A program made the translations under genes and the position numbers. From IMG/VR virus record IMGVR_UViG_3300048831_000054, positions 1 to 62,151 of that record: 62,151 nucleotides of DNA, one strand, 5' to 3'. Of the stretch, positions 45,858-55,784 are shown piece by piece. Origin of the DNA: a virus (Duplodnaviria > Caudoviricetes). The notes under the pieces are model-generated. The model saw only the letters and a list, made by a program, of their open reading frames with translations. It was not told the origin of the DNA and ran no database searches. Each line of letters begins with the position of its first letter. Within the stretch, counting starts at the first letter, position 1.

Positions 45858-47519
45858 TTACGCCTCACCGGCTGCCTTCGCCGCCGCGGCAGGCTTGGGA
45901 CCCTTAGGAGGTGGGGCCTCCTCAGGCGGCGGCTCCTCGGGCGGGAGTCCCTCTTCCGGCGGCAGGCCTTCGTCTGGAGGTACCTCCTCAGGCTCGCTCA
46001 CCGTGATCTCCTTACGGTTCTCGTAGACGGCTGGGTCGTAGATCTGCTGGATGTCAGCGACCTCACCCTCCTCACCCATGGCCGTGTCATTGATGCTGCG
46101 CTCCTCCTTGATCATGGCCTCGTTCATCTGGATGTCATCGTCTGTCAGGCCGAGGTAGCGCTTCAGGATGAAGCGGCGTGACAGGTACTTCACGCCCTCG
46201 ATCGAGTTGAAGGAGTTGATGAGGTCGGCGTCGAGGGCGGCCTGGCGGTACAGCGCGAAGTTCTGCGGGTCTGGCAGGACCAGGTTGAAGATGTCGTAGT
46301 CGAGGTTGATGCCGGCGACCTGGAGGTAGATCTTGAACTGCTCGTCAAACACCTCCTCGAGCGAGGCCTGCAGGCGGATGACGAAGTTGGCGAACCGCAG
46401 CTCCTCGATGTAGGCGATGCCCACCTTGCCGTCGCTGTACTGGGCGCCCTGCGCGTCCTGGCCGACCATGTAGGAAGTCGGCACGCGCAGGCCGCGGAAC
46501 AGCTTGTCAGTGAACGTCTTGAGGGTGACGGTGCCGAAGTCCTCAGTACCACCAGGCAGAGTCTCAACGCGCGAGCCCCGGCCAGTGGCCGAGACCGGAA
46601 AGAAGTAGTCCTCTTGGATGGAGTCCGGGTTGTACTGCGAGTCCGTCTGGTTCATGTTCTGCGTGTTCGGGATCCGCTTCTGCCGGATGTCATTGCGGAT
46701 CTGCTCGAGGTACTGCTTCACGCGCTGCGGCGGGATGTTACCGACGTCAACGTAGAACACGCGGCGCTCTGGGGCGCGCACGATGCGGTAGATGATGATC
46801 GAGTCCTCAAGCATCGTGATCTTCTGCCAGACGTTGAAGACCGGCTGCAGGACGGACATGCCGAACGGTTGGTTCTCACCCATCTCGTCGCCCAGCGTGA
46901 AGTGCAGCATGGCGGCGGCAGGGATGATCTCAACGGTCTGGTCGCTCAGGGCCCGGCCATTGGCGGTGAACGCGGATGGCCGCACGTGGTAGGCGATCTT
47001 CTCACCCTCTGGCGAGACCTCAATGCCGATGACGCGCGTTGGGTCAATGTACTCCCAGGGCTGCGTGTCTGACTTCTTGCGGAAGAAGCAGTCGCCGTAC
47101 TTCACCAGGGTGCGCGCGATCTTGTACACCTTCGTCTTCAGGTTGTGCAGCTTGGACCAGTGGCGCAGCGCGGCGCGGATGGTCGTCATGACGTTGTCGG
47201 CGACGTCTTGGTTGTCCTCGGTCTGGTAGTCGATGGTGAATGGCAGGCCGGTGCGCTTGTCTGGGTTAGAGATCTCCTCGGCGATGATGTCGAGGGCGCG
47301 TGCGACGTCGTCACGGTCCATCTGCTCGTACTGCTTGTAGCGCATCATGCGTGACGACGCGCCCTTCAGCAGGTTCGAGAACCACGACATTGACGAGAAG
47401 CCGGCGTAGCCGGCAACGTTCAGGTTGTACGCGTCGTCGAGCACCTGGCTCTTAGGCTGGTACGCGGCCTTGCGTGAGGCCGGTGTAACGATTCGCCAGA
47501 AGTCTACGAGGGTTGCCAT
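45858..47519 (-). CDS. gp20: Portal protein
   Basis: LEDSIIIYRIVRAPERRVFYVDVGNIP, EDYFFP, RGSRVETLPGG, EELRF. Confidence 0.95.
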   Translation of the reverse strand: MATLVDFWRIVTPASRKAAYQPKSQVLDDAYNLNVAGYAGFSSMSWFSNLLKGASSRMMRYKQYEQMDRDDVARALDIIAEEISNPDKRTGLPFTIDYQTEDNQDVADNVMTTIRAALRHWSKLHNLKTKVYKIARTLVKYGDCFFRKKSDTQPWEYIDPTRVIGIEVSPEGEKIAYHVRPSAFTANGRALSDQTVEIIPAAAMLHFTLGDEMGENQPFGMSVLQPVFNVWQKITMLEDSIIIYRIVRAPERRVFYVDVGNIPPQRVKQYLEQIRNDIRQKRIPNTQNMNQTDSQYNPDSIQEDYFFPVSATGRGSRVETLPGGTEDFGTVTLKTFTDKLFRGLRVPTSYMVGQDAQGAQYSDGKVGIAYIEELRFANFVIRLQASLEEVFDEQFKIYLQVAGINLDYDIFNLVLPDPQNFALYRQAALDADLINSFNSIEGVKYLSRRFILKRYLGLTDDDIQMNEAMIKEERSINDTAMGEEGEVADIQQIYDPAVYENRKEITVSEPEEVPPDEGLPPEEGLPPEEPPPEEAPPPKGPKPAAAAKAAGEA

Positions 47520-47526
47520 CTGCGTC

Positions 47527-50500
47527 CTATTGTTTCACGGAGTAGTAGAGCCGCTGCGGCGGTAGGCCGGTGGTCGGCACCTTCAGGTTGATCACCTTCG
47601 AGTCCTCCGCAGTTTCAATGAGCTTACCAAGCGCGGTGTTTGTTTCCTTCACGAGGGCCAGCAGGTCAGGGAAGCCGCTGATCGCGAGTACTGCCGGGGC
47701 CGTGTCAGCGGTATTTAACGATTGATTGTCCTTAGCGGTACGGGCCTCGTCGATGGTGGCGCCCTGTGCCACCTTGCGATCTGCATCTGCCGTTGGAACC
47801 TCAACCTTTGCAGGTTTTGGCGGCTCTACCTCAGCCTTCACTCCAGTGGCGTTCCAGTCATCAACTATGGCGCCAATCAGGCCACCGCCAGCAGTGCCGA
47901 TCAGGGTGCCAAAGAGCGTGCCAAGCCCAGGAATTACCGATCCTGCGATGCCGCCGACCAGCGCACCAAGCTGAGCGCCGGTCTGGGCGCCCGAGCCAGC
48001 GCCAAGCGCGCCCGCGCCAGCGGCCGCAACACTTCCAGCCGCCGCGCCTGCCAGGCCACCAAGGCCAGCCCGCCCAATTCCACGCGCCAGCGGCGCCGCC
48101 GCGGACGCGCCCGCCGCGATAGCCGCCCGGGCACCAGCCCCTGCCAGCGCGTTGAGCGCGGCGGTGGAGGCCACTGTCGCTAGCAGGTGCGCCCCGAGGG
48201 CGGCCGCCGAGGCCGCCAGCATTCCTGGCAGCGAGTTCTGCAGGAACGCCTTGAAGATGTTGAAGCCCTCCATCACGTCTGCGACCGCGCGGGCACCTTG
48301 CGCGGCCTTGGCCGCGGCGTCACGCTCAGCCTGCGTCGTCACCGCGCCCTGCTGCTCGGCCTGCCGCATCTTCAGCGCGGCCTGCGTCTGCGCGTCCAGG
48401 TTCAGGAACCCACCTGCCTCCGCGATGACGTCCATGATGGCGCGCTGCGCCTCTGAGGCGCCGGGCCCGCGCCGCTCCATGTAGCGCTCCTGCAGCTTCG
48501 CCAGCAGGTTCAGGCGCTCGGTCTCTTCCTCAGGGGTACGGTAGCCGCTGCGCTCCAGCTGGTTCAGGCGCATGGCCTCCTGCGTGCTGAAGCCCATGCC
48601 GATGGCGCCCGCCATCAGGCGGCCTGCCTTGCCGAAGCGCTCCCTGAACGAGGTGCGGCGCTGCTCGGCCTGCAGCTGCACCAGCCGCATCGCCTCTTCC
48701 TTCTGCAGCCCGAGCACCTGGTAGTTGTCCTTGAGCGCGATCAGCTCTCTGGCCCGCGCCGTCCTGGCCTCGCCCTGCAGGCCCATGAGCTCCTCAAAGA
48801 TGACGCCTGAGCCAGTCAGCTCGGAGTTCTGCCGCAGGTACTCCTCAGCGGTGATGTCCACCACTCCAGCGAGGCGCTGGAAGTTGGTCATCGTCTCCTT
48901 GATGTAGCGGTTCATGCCGTCACGGTCACGCACGTTGACGCCAGAGGTGAATGCCTGCGTGATGGCCGGGCCGAACATCTGCGCTGACTGCGCAGTGGTG
49001 TAGCCGAAGTCCCTGAACGTCTGACCAACGTCCTTCAGCGTCTGGTCAAAACCCTTTGCCCCGCCCTGCACGGCCATGAAGCGCTTGTTCTCCTGCAGCA
49101 GCTTGACCATGTCACCAAAGGCCATGCCCATGCGCAGCGCCTGCCAGTGAACGCCGAGGAAGGTGTCAGGGACCTGCTTGATGTTGAAGTCCTCAAGCTC
49201 CCTCCACGCGGTTGCGATCTTGCCGGCGATGGCGGCGGCCGACCCAAAGGCGGCGAGCTTGCCAATGACTTTATCGATCCCACCAGTCAGCAGGAGCAGG
49301 CGACCATTGGAGGTACCTAGCTGCTGGACCATTCTTCCAAGCGGCGTCAGGTTGGACAGCACCTGCGTCCTGAACTGGCCGAGGGCGCCAGAGGTGGAGC
49401 CAAACATCCTGCCAAGCTGGTTCAGCGTGTTCTGCGCCGCCGCGCCCGCGCCAGGGGTCGGGCCCAGCTGCTGCTGGGCGGCATAAGTCTGCAGCGCCGC
49501 GTCAAGGGCGCGGTCAGCGCGTCGAACGTCGTCAGCGCCGCCAAACAGCCGCGCGTTGGCGAGCGCGTCCTGCAGGCGAATGATCTCGTCCTGCAGGTCA
49601 CCCATTGGCAGCAGCGACGCCCTGAACTTCGCGACGAACTCGTCAAAGGTGAGCGGGATCCCCTCGACCACTGGGTTGAGGATGCCCTCGGCGCCCTCAA
49701 GCATGCCGGCGGCGTGCTGCTGAAGGAGCGTGCGGTAGATGGCCTGCAGAGAGTTGAGGTCCTCAGCGGCGAGATGCGTCGCCGTCAGCCCGCCTGCGGT
49801 GATGCGCTCAAGCAGCCGCTGCGTCACGGCTGTCAGGTTACCGCCGACCTCTCCGGCAAAGCGCTCGGCCGCCACCTGCTGCGCCGCCTGCGTCTCCATC
49901 ATCGCGTGATGGATGTTGCGCATGTCAGCGAAGTTGAGGTCTGCCCTCAGCAGGTTGGTGTCGGCGTCGATCGCGTTCATGCGGCGCAGCATCTGCGCGC
50001 CGAGAGAGCTTGACTGACGGAAGACCTCTAGCTCAGCGCGAAAGCGCTCCCTGAACACTGCCTGCTGCGCCGCCGTCATGTCATTGAGGTTCTGCATGCC
50101 CTCATTGATGCTGACGTTCATCGCGTAGTTGGTGCGCGCGGCGTCAGTGGCGAGGCGGCTGAGGTTGCTTACCAGCCCGCGGCTCTGCACTCCAAAGCCA
50201 AGGATGCTGGTGCCAAGCAGGGACTGCGACTGTGCCAGGTCATTGGTTGACCGCATCAGGCCGCTGAGCGCCTGTGACTGGCTGCGGTAACGCGTTGTCA
50301 GCTCTGCGGCGGAGGTGCCGGCGACGTTGGCGCCTTCCGTGAAGTCATCAAGCGAGGAGGCGGCCTCATCGAGGGCGTTGCGGTACTCGTCGCTGTGGTC
50401 TCGGCCGCGCCGCGGCCTGCCAGGCTGCCCAAAGCCGGCGGTGGTGTCAAGACCAGGGTTGAGGTTGCCGCCGGCACGGACGCCCTGCGCGCGCAGCGCC

Positions 50501-50565
50501 TGGACCTGAAGGTCATACAGGCGGTTCAGCGATCTGACGATCTCTTGGGAATCAAGGTCGGCCAT
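47527..50565 (-). CDS. Tape-measure-like / baseplate hub protein
   Basis: 1012-aa helical Ala/Gln-rich protein with Gly/Ala hydrophobic glycine-zipper segment near the C-terminus; divergent from hub genes. Confidence 0.6.
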   Translation of the reverse strand: MADLDSQEIVRSLNRLYDLQVQALRAQGVRAGGNLNPGLDTTAGFGQPGRPRRGRDHSDEYRNALDEAASSLDDFTEGANVAGTSAAELTTRYRSQSQALSGLMRSTNDLAQSQSLLGTSILGFGVQSRGLVSNLSRLATDAARTNYAMNVSINEGMQNLNDMTAAQQAVFRERFRAELEVFRQSSSLGAQMLRRMNAIDADTNLLRADLNFADMRNIHHAMMETQAAQQVAAERFAGEVGGNLTAVTQRLLERITAGGLTATHLAAEDLNSLQAIYRTLLQQHAAGMLEGAEGILNPVVEGIPLTFDEFVAKFRASLLPMGDLQDEIIRLQDALANARLFGGADDVRRADRALDAALQTYAAQQQLGPTPGAGAAAQNTLNQLGRMFGSTSGALGQFRTQVLSNLTPLGRMVQQLGTSNGRLLLLTGGIDKVIGKLAAFGSAAAIAGKIATAWRELEDFNIKQVPDTFLGVHWQALRMGMAFGDMVKLLQENKRFMAVQGGAKGFDQTLKDVGQTFRDFGYTTAQSAQMFGPAITQAFTSGVNVRDRDGMNRYIKETMTNFQRLAGVVDITAEEYLRQNSELTGSGVIFEELMGLQGEARTARARELIALKDNYQVLGLQKEEAMRLVQLQAEQRRTSFRERFGKAGRLMAGAIGMGFSTQEAMRLNQLERSGYRTPEEETERLNLLAKLQERYMERRGPGASEAQRAIMDVIAEAGGFLNLDAQTQAALKMRQAEQQGAVTTQAERDAAAKAAQGARAVADVMEGFNIFKAFLQNSLPGMLAASAAALGAHLLATVASTAALNALAGAGARAAIAAGASAAAPLARGIGRAGLGGLAGAAAGSVAAAGAGALGAGSGAQTGAQLGALVGGIAGSVIPGLGTLFGTLIGTAGGGLIGAIVDDWNATGVKAEVEPPKPAKVEVPTADADRKVAQGATIDEARTAKDNQSLNTADTAPAVLAISGFPDLLALVKETNTALGKLIETAEDSKVINLKVPTTGLPPQRLYYSVKQ

Positions 50566-50597
50566 TGGCAGTGATTTTTAACCTGGTCAGTGAGGTG

Positions 50598-50631
50598 TAA
50601 ATAGGTACCGTACAGCGTCAGGTCATATTTA
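50598..50631. promoter_or_regulatory. Face-to-face pair of TAAATA late promoters
   Basis: TAAATA on + at 50598-50603 and on - at 50626-50631. Confidence 0.65.
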
Positions 50632-50669
50632 TCCCCACCAGAAATTATCCAGATTCACAGAGGAAGCGC

Positions 50670-51449
50670 ATGACACAACCTGCAAACCCACTGCTTGAGA
50701 AGCTGAAGCTGCCAGGCAGGATCTTTGAGCTACCAAGTCGAGGCCTCTTCTACACCAACGGTGAGCTCGCCGGCGGGGCCGAGATCCACGTCCACGCGCT
50801 CTCGGCGATGGACGAGATCAACCTCAAGAACCCAGATCAGCTGTTCAGCGGCAAGGCGGTCGAGGCCGTGCTGCCCAGCTGCGTCGACGGTGTGCTGAAG
50901 CCAAATCAGCTGCTGGCCAAGGACGTCGACGCCATCATGCTGTTCCTGCGCACCGTCACGTACGGGCCAGCCCTTGAGCTGCGGGCGCGGCACACGTGTG
51001 AGAACGCGAAGGAGCACTCCTACACGCTCAACGTTGACGAGATCATCGCTGACATGAAGCCGATCGACCCGACGACGGTCGAGGCCAGCTTCACGGTGAC
51101 GATGCCGAACGGTCAGGTCGTCAAGCTCCGGCCATCCAGGTACTCCAACATGGTGGAGCTGATCAAGGAGAACACCAACAAGAAGACGTTCTCAGTGGAG
51201 GACCAGAAGCACAACCTGCTACGGATGCTGCTTGACCTGATCAAGTCGGTCGACGGGATCGAGGATGAGAAGCTGATCAGTGAGTGGCTGCAGCAGGTGC
51301 AGACGACCTGGGTGTCTCAGATCACGCAGCAGATCGAGAAGGCCCACGCGTGGGGGCCAGACCTGTCAAGGAAGGTGAAGTGCAAGGACTGCGGTGAGGA
51401 GTTCACCATCGACGTCCCCATCAACCCAATATCTTTTTTCACCGAATGA
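50670..51449 (+). CDS. Baseplate hub assembly protein, gp26-like
   Basis: NPLL, LPSRGLFY, DVDAIMLFLRTVTYG, C-terminal CKDC..F.IDVPINPISFF. Confidence 0.78.
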   Translation: MTQPANPLLEKLKLPGRIFELPSRGLFYTNGELAGGAEIHVHALSAMDEINLKNPDQLFSGKAVEAVLPSCVDGVLKPNQLLAKDVDAIMLFLRTVTYGPALELRARHTCENAKEHSYTLNVDEIIADMKPIDPTTVEASFTVTMPNGQVVKLRPSRYSNMVELIKENTNKKTFSVEDQKHNLLRMLLDLIKSVDGIEDEKLISEWLQQVQTTWVSQITQQIEKAHAWGPDLSRKVKCKDCGEEFTIDVPINPISFFTE

Positions 51450-51670
51450 TCAGTACTGGAGATGGGCCCGCCATCCAGAAGATGATGAACTCGCTGGGCG
51501 GAGAGATCCGCGCGCTGGTGAAGCAGGCCTTTGAGCTGTCGTACTTCTCCCGCGGGGCCTGGTCCTACAGCGCCGTGCTGCAGATGACGGCGGCCGAGCG
51601 AGAGATCGCTGCTGAGTTCCTGAACGAGCGGCTGAAGCTGGCGTTCAAGATGCAGCACCCAGTATTCTGA
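51446..51670 (+). CDS. Baseplate hub assembly catalyst, gp51-like
   Basis: LSYFSRGAWSY..V.QMT..ERE; ATGA overlap with gp26-like gene. Confidence 0.65.
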   Translation: MISTGDGPAIQKMMNSLGGEIRALVKQAFELSYFSRGAWSYSAVLQMTAAEREIAAEFLNERLKLAFKMQHPVF

Positions 51671-51720
51671 TCAGTCCCTGAGTTCAGACACTTCTAGGGG
51701 ACGCAGGCTGATTTGTGATG

Positions 51721-52251
51721 TTATTCAAGTTCTAACAAGGAGCGTTCACCGGCCACATAACAGAGAAGTCGACCATGATTGATCCCTAAAGTTTCAGCGG
51801 TTCTGCGCCATGACCCAAGTGGGTTTGTATTTTTCTTCGGTTGTGGGTGCGCCATGGGACCCATTTCCAAAGCTTTCTTATACAGCGCTTTTTCCTGTTC
51901 AGATAGCTTAGTTCGTGGGAGGCGACACTGACGTTTTACGCTCTCTCGTGTTACTTGCTTATGTCGAGGGTGAATCATTTTCGATGGCGAAGCTTTATGA
52001 CTTTCTAGGAACTCAATTATGTTGTCGAAGAATGTTCTGGCTTCTATGTGCTGTAGTGACCATTCGATAAATCCTAAGGCACGATTACATCGGTCATGCA
52101 TCACCGATCGTATGAATCCATTTGAATGATCATGGTCTAGAACTAGATCATGCATTTCAATCTCAGTCTTACAGAGTGGACACTGTCGTTTTTGATTTTC
52201 CCACAACTGTAATTTTAGCGGGTGACATTCGCTGTGTTTCAGTCGGCGCAT
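51721..52251 (-). mobile_element. Free-standing endonuclease VII-family homing endonuclease
   Basis: QKRQCPLC, VLDHDHSNGFIRSVMHDRCN.ALG; DNA visibly more AT-rich than flanks. Confidence 0.78.
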
Positions 52252-53512
52252 CTTCAGATTCCTTGACGGTAATTTTCAAGTTAAGCTCAGTCAATATTCT
52301 TGACATGAGCTTCTCAGTCGTTTCGTTATTTATAATGCCGTCAAGACCGTCATGCAATTGAATTCCTTGATTACCAAGGGCCTGCCAGAGGGCGTGGCGC
52401 GCCGACCGCTCCCACTGGAAGTAGAGGGTGAACACCTCCTTCTGGCCGGCGAGCGTCGGTTTCTTACCGAGAAACAGGCACACCTCGCGCTTCGCCTTCC
52501 TGTACTGCTTCGCCAGGTGTGACAGCCGGTCACCGCAGGTGATGAGCTGGGTGGTGGAGAGGTGCGGCGCGAACTGCCTCACTATACGGACCGCCTCTGA
52601 CCGGCCGCTGCCAGCGGCGAGCATCGTGCCTGAGATGTTTGACCCGTTGGCCAGCGACATGACCAGCCGCTTGACGACCGACAGGTTCTCCTCAGTCACG
52701 TCGAGGTGCAGGAGCTTCCCGCAGATCTCGGCCCTGAACTCCTTCTTCGTCTCGTCAAGCCTGAACAGGTCAGGGAACTTGAGGCGCAGCTGCTGCTCCC
52801 TGCCGGCGTGCTTGCGCTTGAGGTAGGAGAGCAGGAACTGCGTAAAGGCGTTCTCGATGTCGACGGACGTGCCGAACAGCTGGTGCCTAAGCCAGCTCGG
52901 CCAGGTCTCAATGGCGCGGATGGGCCAGACTGACGTGTCACGGGCCTTCAGCCTGCCTGACGGGCGAAAGTAGAAGTCGACGACCGGGCCCTGCCGCTGC
53001 AGCCACTCGACCTGCGCGATGAGGTCCAGCCGGCCATCGGCCCGCAGGCGCGTGAGCACCGCCTGGCTGACTGGCCGCACGCTGACGGCGCTCTTGAGAA
53101 AGACCGACGCGTTGGGTGGCCGGCCTGGGTCAAACGTGACGCGCTCAGCCAGCCGCTCGATCTCGGCCACCAGCCTAGGTGACAGCTTCTTGGCGCGGAC
53201 GAGGGTCGGCGCCGCGTTCCCGTTGATGTTGAAGCCGAGGCGGTCGATCGTGAAGAACTTCTCCAGGATCACCCGCGCGTCTGCTGACCCGCCTGGCACC
53301 CGCGACAGGTACAGCTCCTCAGTGAGGAAGCCAGGGGACGAGCGCTGGTGCCTGGTCAGGCGGTGCCAGGCGAGGGCCACCGAGATGATGAGGCCCTGCC
53401 GCTGGCGGCGCTTGCGCCACCAGGTGCCCTTGAGCTGAAAGAATTTCCCTACGTAGAGGGGGTGCTCGCGCGGCAGCTCGTCGCCAAGCTTGACCGCGTT
53501 AAAGAGGAGCAC
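52169..53512 (-). CDS. Hypothetical protein with family-A polymerase-like motifs
   Basis: SGR...SVDIENAF..FL, KRLVMSLANG, QLHDGL. Confidence 0.5.
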   Translation of the reverse strand: MLLFNAVKLGDELPREHPLYVGKFFQLKGTWWRKRRQRQGLIISVALAWHRLTRHQRSSPGFLTEELYLSRVPGGSADARVILEKFFTIDRLGFNINGNAAPTLVRAKKLSPRLVAEIERLAERVTFDPGRPPNASVFLKSAVSVRPVSQAVLTRLRADGRLDLIAQVEWLQRQGPVVDFYFRPSGRLKARDTSVWPIRAIETWPSWLRHQLFGTSVDIENAFTQFLLSYLKRKHAGREQQLRLKFPDLFRLDETKKEFRAEICGKLLHLDVTEENLSVVKRLVMSLANGSNISGTMLAAGSGRSEAVRIVRQFAPHLSTTQLITCGDRLSHLAKQYRKAKREVCLFLGKKPTLAGQKEVFTLYFQWERSARHALWQALGNQGIQLHDGLDGIINNETTEKLMSRILTELNLKITVKESEDAPTETQRMSPAKITVVGKSKTTVSTL

Positions 53513-53801
53513 TGGTCACCACCTTCTCGGTGACCTCCTCCTGCGTGGCTGGTGTGACAGGGCCGTCCCACGGCATTGGGAGCTTGCGCCTGCCGTTCGC
53601 GCGGCGCTTCAGCTCACGGTAGACGCCCTTGGGGCACTTGGGGTCCAGCACGGTCGGTCCTTGAATTGGGCCAGCGGTTCCTGCGTTAACACCAGGAATC
53701 TGAAAGTGGCCGTAGCGTGCCCACTCTTTTCCATCAATGACACCTTTTTCAGCAAACTGCCGGGTCAAGAGGCGGAGCTTCTTTGCAAGTTTCTCGTTCA
53801 T
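53499..53801 (-). CDS. Hypothetical basic protein
   Basis: 100-aa ORF, ATGA-coupled. Confidence 0.65.
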   Translation of the reverse strand: MNEKLAKKLRLLTRQFAEKGVIDGKEWARYGHFQIPGVNAGTAGPIQGPTVLDPKCPKGVYRELKRRANGRRKLPMPWDGPVTPATQEEVTEKVVTSAPL

Positions 53802-54445
53802 AGTTTTCCTGAGTAGCGAGGGTTGAGGTCAGAGTCCACGTGATCGACCAGGTAGCCGTGGGGCTGGCGGTAGAGGAGGACCTCCCACCTGTCAACGCTC
53901 GCGGTCCCTAGCTTTCCAAGCTTCGGTCTGACTATTATAAACTGCACGGCCTCAGTTGGTAACTTCAGGCCCTCGATGTAGACCGGGGCCTCACCGCCAA
54001 AGACCGTCAGGCTGTGCAGCTCTCCGAGCGCCGAGTGCCGGTGCAGCTGAACCTCTGACTTGTCCTGCACCTTCCTGAGGTCAAAGGTGCTGGCGGGGAA
54101 CTGCGCCGAGTGGTGCGTCGTTGGGTTGGGCGTGATCATGGTGCGCCGGCCCTTGGACCTGGCAAGGTGCGAGCAGATGGCCTCGAGGAAGGCCGAGTGG
54201 GCGCGGGCGCTCAGCTGTGGCCGCACCTTGCCGATGGCGGTGCGCAGCTCATCGCGCTCAGGTGGCATGAAGGGCAGGTTGGAGCTGGCCTGGCGGGAGA
54301 TGTACGGGGCGACGTACTCAGCGGCGCGGTAGTACAGCTCGTAGTACGCCGCGACGACCTTCAGCAGGTCGCCGAAGTCGGGGTGCTGCGCGGTGCGATA
54401 GAGGTCGTGCTTGGCGGCCCAGCGTGGTGTCAGGTGCTCAGTCAT
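53798..54445 (-). CDS. Hypothetical protein
   Basis: 215-aa ORF, ATGA-coupled. Confidence 0.7.
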   Translation of the reverse strand: MTEHLTPRWAAKHDLYRTAQHPDFGDLLKVVAAYYELYYRAAEYVAPYISRQASSNLPFMPPERDELRTAIGKVRPQLSARAHSAFLEAICSHLARSKGRRTMITPNPTTHHSAQFPASTFDLRKVQDKSEVQLHRHSALGELHSLTVFGGEAPVYIEGLKLPTEAVQFIIVRPKLGKLGTASVDRWEVLLYRQPHGYLVDHVDSDLNPRYSGKL

Positions 54446-55056
54446 TCTGGAACTTTGATGTCAAACGCTGGGACAGGCTCAAGCGGAGGGCCCGTGTACG
54501 CCTTGTCGTACCAGAAGTAGGGAAACTTCAGCAGCGTGTTGAGCTCAAACACGTCAACCATCAGGCGCTGGCCCTCGAAGGTGTAGGAGATGGAGATGTT
54601 CGGTGGTGTCGGCCTCAGGCCAACGGTGGTCAGGACCGCGGCGAAAGTGGGCGTGTGGTTCCACTTGAAGATCAGCATCGCCATCTTTCCAACCTTGGCG
54701 GCGTCAGTCTCCGCCTCGTTGAACCACTTGAAGAAGTTGGCCGAGCCGGTCACCAGCGACGTGAAGTTGTCGGGGGTCTTGTAGAACTTGGTCTCGATGG
54801 AGAAGTTGAACCTCAGGTTGGTGTCCTTCTCGTTCGTCGGCACGACATCCCCGACGAACAGCTTGAGGGCGTCAGCGCCGAACAGCTTGCCGATCGTGTC
54901 GAAGTTCTTACCGCCCACCCGCGCGCCTGAGCCCTGGGTGCGGATGAAGTTGAGCGGCTGTAGGTGCTGCGTCAGCAGTTTTGCCACCTGTGACTCAAAC
55001 CCGTTACCTTTAGATTTGGAGTTAGTTCGTTTCTTTTTGTCTTTGGGCACGTCCAT
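54442..55056 (-). CDS. PD-(D/E)xK Holliday junction resolvase-like nuclease
   Basis: SKSKGNGFESQVAKLL, RTQGSGA, GDVV, IETKFY. Confidence 0.75.
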   Translation of the reverse strand: MDVPKDKKKRTNSKSKGNGFESQVAKLLTQHLQPLNFIRTQGSGARVGGKNFDTIGKLFGADALKLFVGDVVPTNEKDTNLRFNFSIETKFYKTPDNFTSLVTGSANFFKWFNEAETDAAKVGKMAMLIFKWNHTPTFAAVLTTVGLRPTPPNISISYTFEGQRLMVDVFELNTLLKFPYFWYDKAYTGPPLEPVPAFDIKVPE

Positions 55057-55750
55057 CTTTTTCCATCCTTGCTAACTGGCGAGACGTGATACCCAGCTGA
55101 CGCTCAGCATCTTTTCCCGAGTTATACGTAACACCATCAATGACAAAACGAACAGCATTGCTTGGCGTCTTACCTAGGTTCTTTTTCCCGACACTTTTCA
55201 TGGCAATCGCAAGTTCAGGAGCTCGTTTCTTTTGGGCTAATGACATCTTTTGTCGAGTTTCAGCACTTTTGCATTTTCCTCTTAGACCTTCAGAAGTTCT
55301 TGCCTTGTGATATTCGGATAGCGGTTTACCGCGTCTAGCATTTCCCCAGAGAGCCTTTCGTTCTGCTTCGCTCAATGAAGCCGCAAAATTTTTCAATGAT
55401 GCACTTATTTTTGCAGCTATCTCATCTTTTCGCTCGAACGTTTGTGGACCCCATCCACCTGCTGCCCTTGCAATGTTGAATAGCTTCCGTCCTGATGAAG
55501 CCAATGCATCAATGTGAGCGTTTTCACGTTCAAAGAATTCTGTCTTGCTGTATGTCTCAATTGATTCGAGAATAACAAAGGAAAAACTTCCTGCCCCGTA
55601 TTTTTCCCACGCGCGCTGGAGATTGATGTTAAAATGCTTGCCGGCATTTAAGAGGTTCTGATGTTCCTTCCAGCGCCCTGAGAAATTTTTGGCGGAGCCA
55701 ACGTACACCTTACCGTTGGCTCGACAGCAAATTTTATAGATCCCTCCCAT
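55022..55750 (-). mobile_element. Free-standing GIY-YIG (Seg-like) homing endonuclease with NUMOD3 repeats
   Basis: GIYKI...YVGSA..RWKEH, E..RE, KSAETRQKMS; AT-rich; TAAATA at 55755-55760. Confidence 0.88.
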
Positions 55751-55784
55751 GCGTTATTTACATTGTGAAGGGAAAACAAAGGGC

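Noticed and set aside
56-50516. Many plus-strand ORFs of 60-310 aa (e.g. 6345-7061, 7208-7975, 38189-39070, 41495-42427)
   Set aside because: Antisense shadows of recognisable minus-strand genes, expected in GC-rich DNA; no motifs or RBS.
51721-52251. Assigning the EndoVII-like ORF as the core packaging resolvase gp49
   Set aside because: AT-rich composition, gene overlap and a C-terminal extension favour a mobile homing endonuclease, and a separate resolvase-like gene exists at 54442.
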